Assembly: GCA_002269645.1 (NCBI GenBank)
Contig: NIVC01002064.1
Span: forward strand, 1-64,000
DNA: 64,000 nucleotides
Direction of reading: 5' to 3'
From: Macrostomum lignano
Lineage: Eukaryota
The notes under the pieces were generated by a model. The model had not been told where the DNA came from. It did not search any database and saw nothing but the letters and a program-made list of their open reading frames with translations. The first letter of the stretch is position 1. The number at the start of each line of letters is the position of its first letter. The translations under genes and the position numbers were made by a program. Below, one piece after another: positions 62,268 to 64,000 of the stretch.

Positions 62268-62933
62268 TTTAACGTCAAAAGTTAGAAGAATGTAAATCTT
62301 TCAAATTGAACACCTCCCGTACAATTCAAGTAATTTCATATTCCATAGATTTGCACGGACTGTTACAATGCAAGCAAGGCACATGTAGATTCAACACAGA
62401 TCCTTGTCAACATAAGTGGGACATTCAACTGTGCAGATAAGCATTAAACAGAAGAAACGTGAAGCAAAATATAAATCATTGTAGATGAGTGACCGTCAGC
62501 TTGTCAGCTGCCAAAAACAGCAATTTTGTCCATACCTTACTACTGTAGTAGTAGTCAGAAGACACTGCCTTCATAGAAAATTTTACTGACCTACTGATTT
62601 TGCAAATTTAGTACATTTAGACTAGCCAGTTTGTGCCCCTTTTGGGGAAGACACAGGATATCCCTTCTGTGAAATTTAAATCCCCTTTCTGCCATGTTCG
62701 CTCCCAATACCATTTTAAAATAGCAGTAAATTGACCAATTTCTACACAATCTGAGCTATCCAGTTCAAAAATACTTTTTATGACCAAATTTGAAGCGCGA
62801 CTTGAGTCCTCTCAACTACTGCAATTAGCGGTCCTGGCTACTAATTGCACAACAGACAGACAGCTCGGGCAAAGACCGTAGAAGTAGACAGCGAGCTGTA
62901 AATCATAAGAAAATTAAAAATTAATTAATTAAA

Positions 62934-63093
62934 ATGTCTGCGTGGGCAAGCAGCCGGCCTTTCTGTGCGCCCCCCGTTCTGTTGAAGAGTTTTGTCGATC
63001 ACCGCCTCGGAAAGGTCGACCAGAATTCTGCAGTGTTGAAGATGGAAAATGTTGCTGCAACTCTTTTTAGGACAATAGACAGCCACTTTCATG
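62934..63093 (+). CDS. Possible first coding exon of a gene continuing beyond the window
   Basis: AAAATG start, 53 open codons (MSAWASSRPF...TLFRTIDSHFH), then G|GTTGGG (the same donor hexamer as at 58235), followed by a tandem array as in other introns here. Confidence 0.3.
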
Positions 63094-63149
63094 GTTGGGA
63101 TCATTTTTCATAGATGGGATCTTCACTAGTAGTAGTTGATAGCATCTGA

Positions 63150-64000
63150 CTAGAGATAGGATCTGGAATTGGAGGATGGGATCTGGAATTTGAGGATGGG
63201 ATGATGGGATTGGATAATGGGATCTGAGATTTGAGGATGGGATCTGGGATTGCAGGATGGAATCTGAGATTGGAGGATGGGATCTGGGATTGGAGGATGG
63301 GATCTGGGATTGCAGGATGGGATCTGGGATTGAAGGATGAGATCTGGGATTGGAGGATGGGATATTGGATTGGATAATGGGATCTGGGATTGCAGGATGG
63401 GATCTGAGATTGGGGGATGGGATCTGGGATTGCAGGATGGGATCTGAGATTGGAGGATGGGATATGGGATTGAAGGATGAGATCTGGGATTGGAGGATGG
63501 GATATTGGATTGGATAATGGGATCTGAAATTGCAGGATGGGATCTGGGATTAGAGAATGGGATCTAAGATTGCAGGATGGGATCTGGGATTGGAGGATGA
63601 GATGTGGGATTGGAGGATGGGATCTGAGATTGCAGGATGGGATCTGGAATTGGAGGATGACATCTGGGATTGGAGGATGGGATCTGGGATTGGAGGATGG
63701 GATATGGGATTGGAGGATGGGATATGGGATTGGATAATGGGATCTGAAATTGCAGGATAGGATCTGGGATTAGAGGATGGGATATGGGATTGGATAATGA
63801 GATCTGAAATTGCAGGATGGAATCTGGGATTAGAGGATGGGATCTGAGATTGCAGGATGGGATCTGGGATTAGAGGATGGGATCTGAGATTGCAGGATGG
63901 GATCTGGAATTGGAGGATGAGATGTGGGATTAGAGGATGGGATCTGCGATTGCAGGATGGGATCTGGGATTGAAGGATGACATCTGGGAGTGGAGGATGG
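63150..64000. repeat. 20-bp minisatellite (GGGATCTGGGATTGGAGGAT), runs to the window end
   Basis: Direct reading. Confidence 0.9.

Overview
Eukaryotic (metazoan) genomic DNA: GC-rich spliced exons sit among AT-rich spacers and about 27 unrelated tandem arrays. The style suggests a free-living flatworm such as Macrostomum (inference, not proven). Gene models were rebuilt by hand from GT-AG junctions and checked for frame: RPL18 (+), an intronless secreted PAN/apple + LamG-like protein (-), a TMEM196/CD20-like 4-TM protein (-), a 99-aa atypical single-LIM protein (-), a TCP11-like protein (-), a CIN85/CD2AP-like adaptor with only two SH3 domains (-), an ERR-like nuclear receptor with an enlarged D-box (+), and an Ebony-type NRPS homologue (+). 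There are also tRNA-derived SINEs, probable head-to-tail Helitron-like units, TIR/foldback elements and a ~9-kb block almost free of CpG. Strongest leads: (1) the Ebony-like gene keeps an intact ~907-aa frame but appears to lack the adenylation P-loop, the A10 lysine and the whole carrier domain; (2) two ~66-nt copies of the 28S rRNA helix 69-71 segment (the R2/I-PpoI target region) flank the first SH3 exon in antisense orientation, and in one copy every flank substitution is G:U-wobble compatible; (3) 13 of 15 modelled introns each hold their own minisatellite. All homology calls come from remembered family motifs; no searches were run.
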